Assembly: GCF_044324785.1 (NCBI RefSeq)
Contig: NZ_CP172127.1
Source of the DNA: Escherichia coli
GTDB lineage: Bacteria > Pseudomonadota > Gammaproteobacteria > Enterobacterales > Enterobacteriaceae
Reading direction: 5' to 3' (one strand)
DNA: 64,000 nt
Shown here: positions 63,496 through 64,000 of the stretch, one piece after another
Numbering within the stretch: position 1 is the stretch's first letter
How the letters are laid out: each line of letters begins with the position of its first letter
Notes under the pieces: model-generated
Database searches by the model: none
What the model saw: only the letters and a program-made list of their open reading frames with translations
What the model was told of the DNA's origin: nothing
Made by a program: the position numbers and the translations under genes

Positions 63496-63921
63496 ATGTA
63501 TCGCATTGGTGAGCTGGCAAAAATGGCGGAAGTAACACCCGACACGATTCGTTATTACGAAAAGCAGCAGATGATGGAGCATGAAGTACGCACCGAAGGT
63601 GGGTTTCGCCTGTATACCGAAAGCGATCTCCAGCGATTGAAATTTATCCGCCATGCCAGACAACTTGGTTTTAGTCTGGAGTCGATCCGCGAGTTGCTGT
63701 CGATCCGTATCGATCCTGAACACCATACTTGTCAGGAGTCAAAAGGCATTGTGCAGGAAAGATTGCAGGAAGTCGAAGCACGGATAGCCGAGTTGCAGAG
63801 TATGCAGCGTTCCTTGCAACGCCTTAACGATGCCTGTTGTGGGACCGCCCATAGCAGTGTTTATTGCTCGATTCTTGAAGCTCTTGAACAAGGGGCGAGT
63901 GGCGTTAAGAGTGGCTGTTGA
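63496..63921 (+). CDS. zntR: Zn(II)-responsive MerR-family transcriptional regulator
   Basis: 141 aa ORF MYRIGELAKMAEVTPDTIRYYEKQ (MerR HTH), C-terminal Cys metal site. Confidence 0.95.
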   Translation: MYRIGELAKMAEVTPDTIRYYEKQQMMEHEVRTEGGFRLYTESDLQRLKFIRHARQLGFSLESIRELLSIRIDPEHHTCQESKGIVQERLQEVEARIAELQSMQRSLQRLNDACCGTAHSSVYCSILEALEQGASGVKSGC

Positions 63922-63976
63922 TTTTTTGCACTGACAGGATTACACTCGCGCCGTTAAATAACCAACTGGAGTTTTT

Positions 63977-64000
63977 ATGAGCCGATATCAGCATACTAAA
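63977..64000 (+). CDS. arfA: alternative ribosome-rescue factor A, first 8 codons only (runs off window end)
   Basis: ATG at 63977 followed by SRYQHTK; too short for certainty. Confidence 0.5.

Overview
This 64 kb window is a contiguous, gene-dense stretch of Escherichia coli chromosome (reverse-complemented relative to the usual K-12 map orientation), running from frlA (5' part) to the first codons of arfA. All gene names are recognised from the translated ORFs by recall; no database search was run. Order: frlA', yhfL, cysG, nirC-nirD-nirB (minus strand, with the FNR and NarL/NarP promoter sites), tsgA, ppiA, yhfG-fic-pabA, argD, yhfK, crp, yhfA, prkB-yheU-yheT, an IS150-group insertion sequence inside the 3' end of yheS, kefG-kefB-yheV, slyD, slyX, fkpA, yheO-tusDCB, the str operon (rpsL-rpsG-fusA-tufA), chiA, bfd-bfr, the cryptic type II secretion cluster gspO..gspC with divergent gspAB, then the S10, spc and alpha ribosomal operons, yhdN, zntR and arfA'. 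No rRNA, tRNA, CRISPR array or prophage was seen, and every ORF of meaningful length is accounted for by a known gene. The only element outside the canonical layout is the 1432 bp IS, which removes the last 30 codons of yheS and replaces them with 22 IS-encoded residues. The short 156-aa rpsG allele suggests a non-K-12 lineage. I find no support for an undescribed system; the findings below are strain-specific or regulatory details worth checking.
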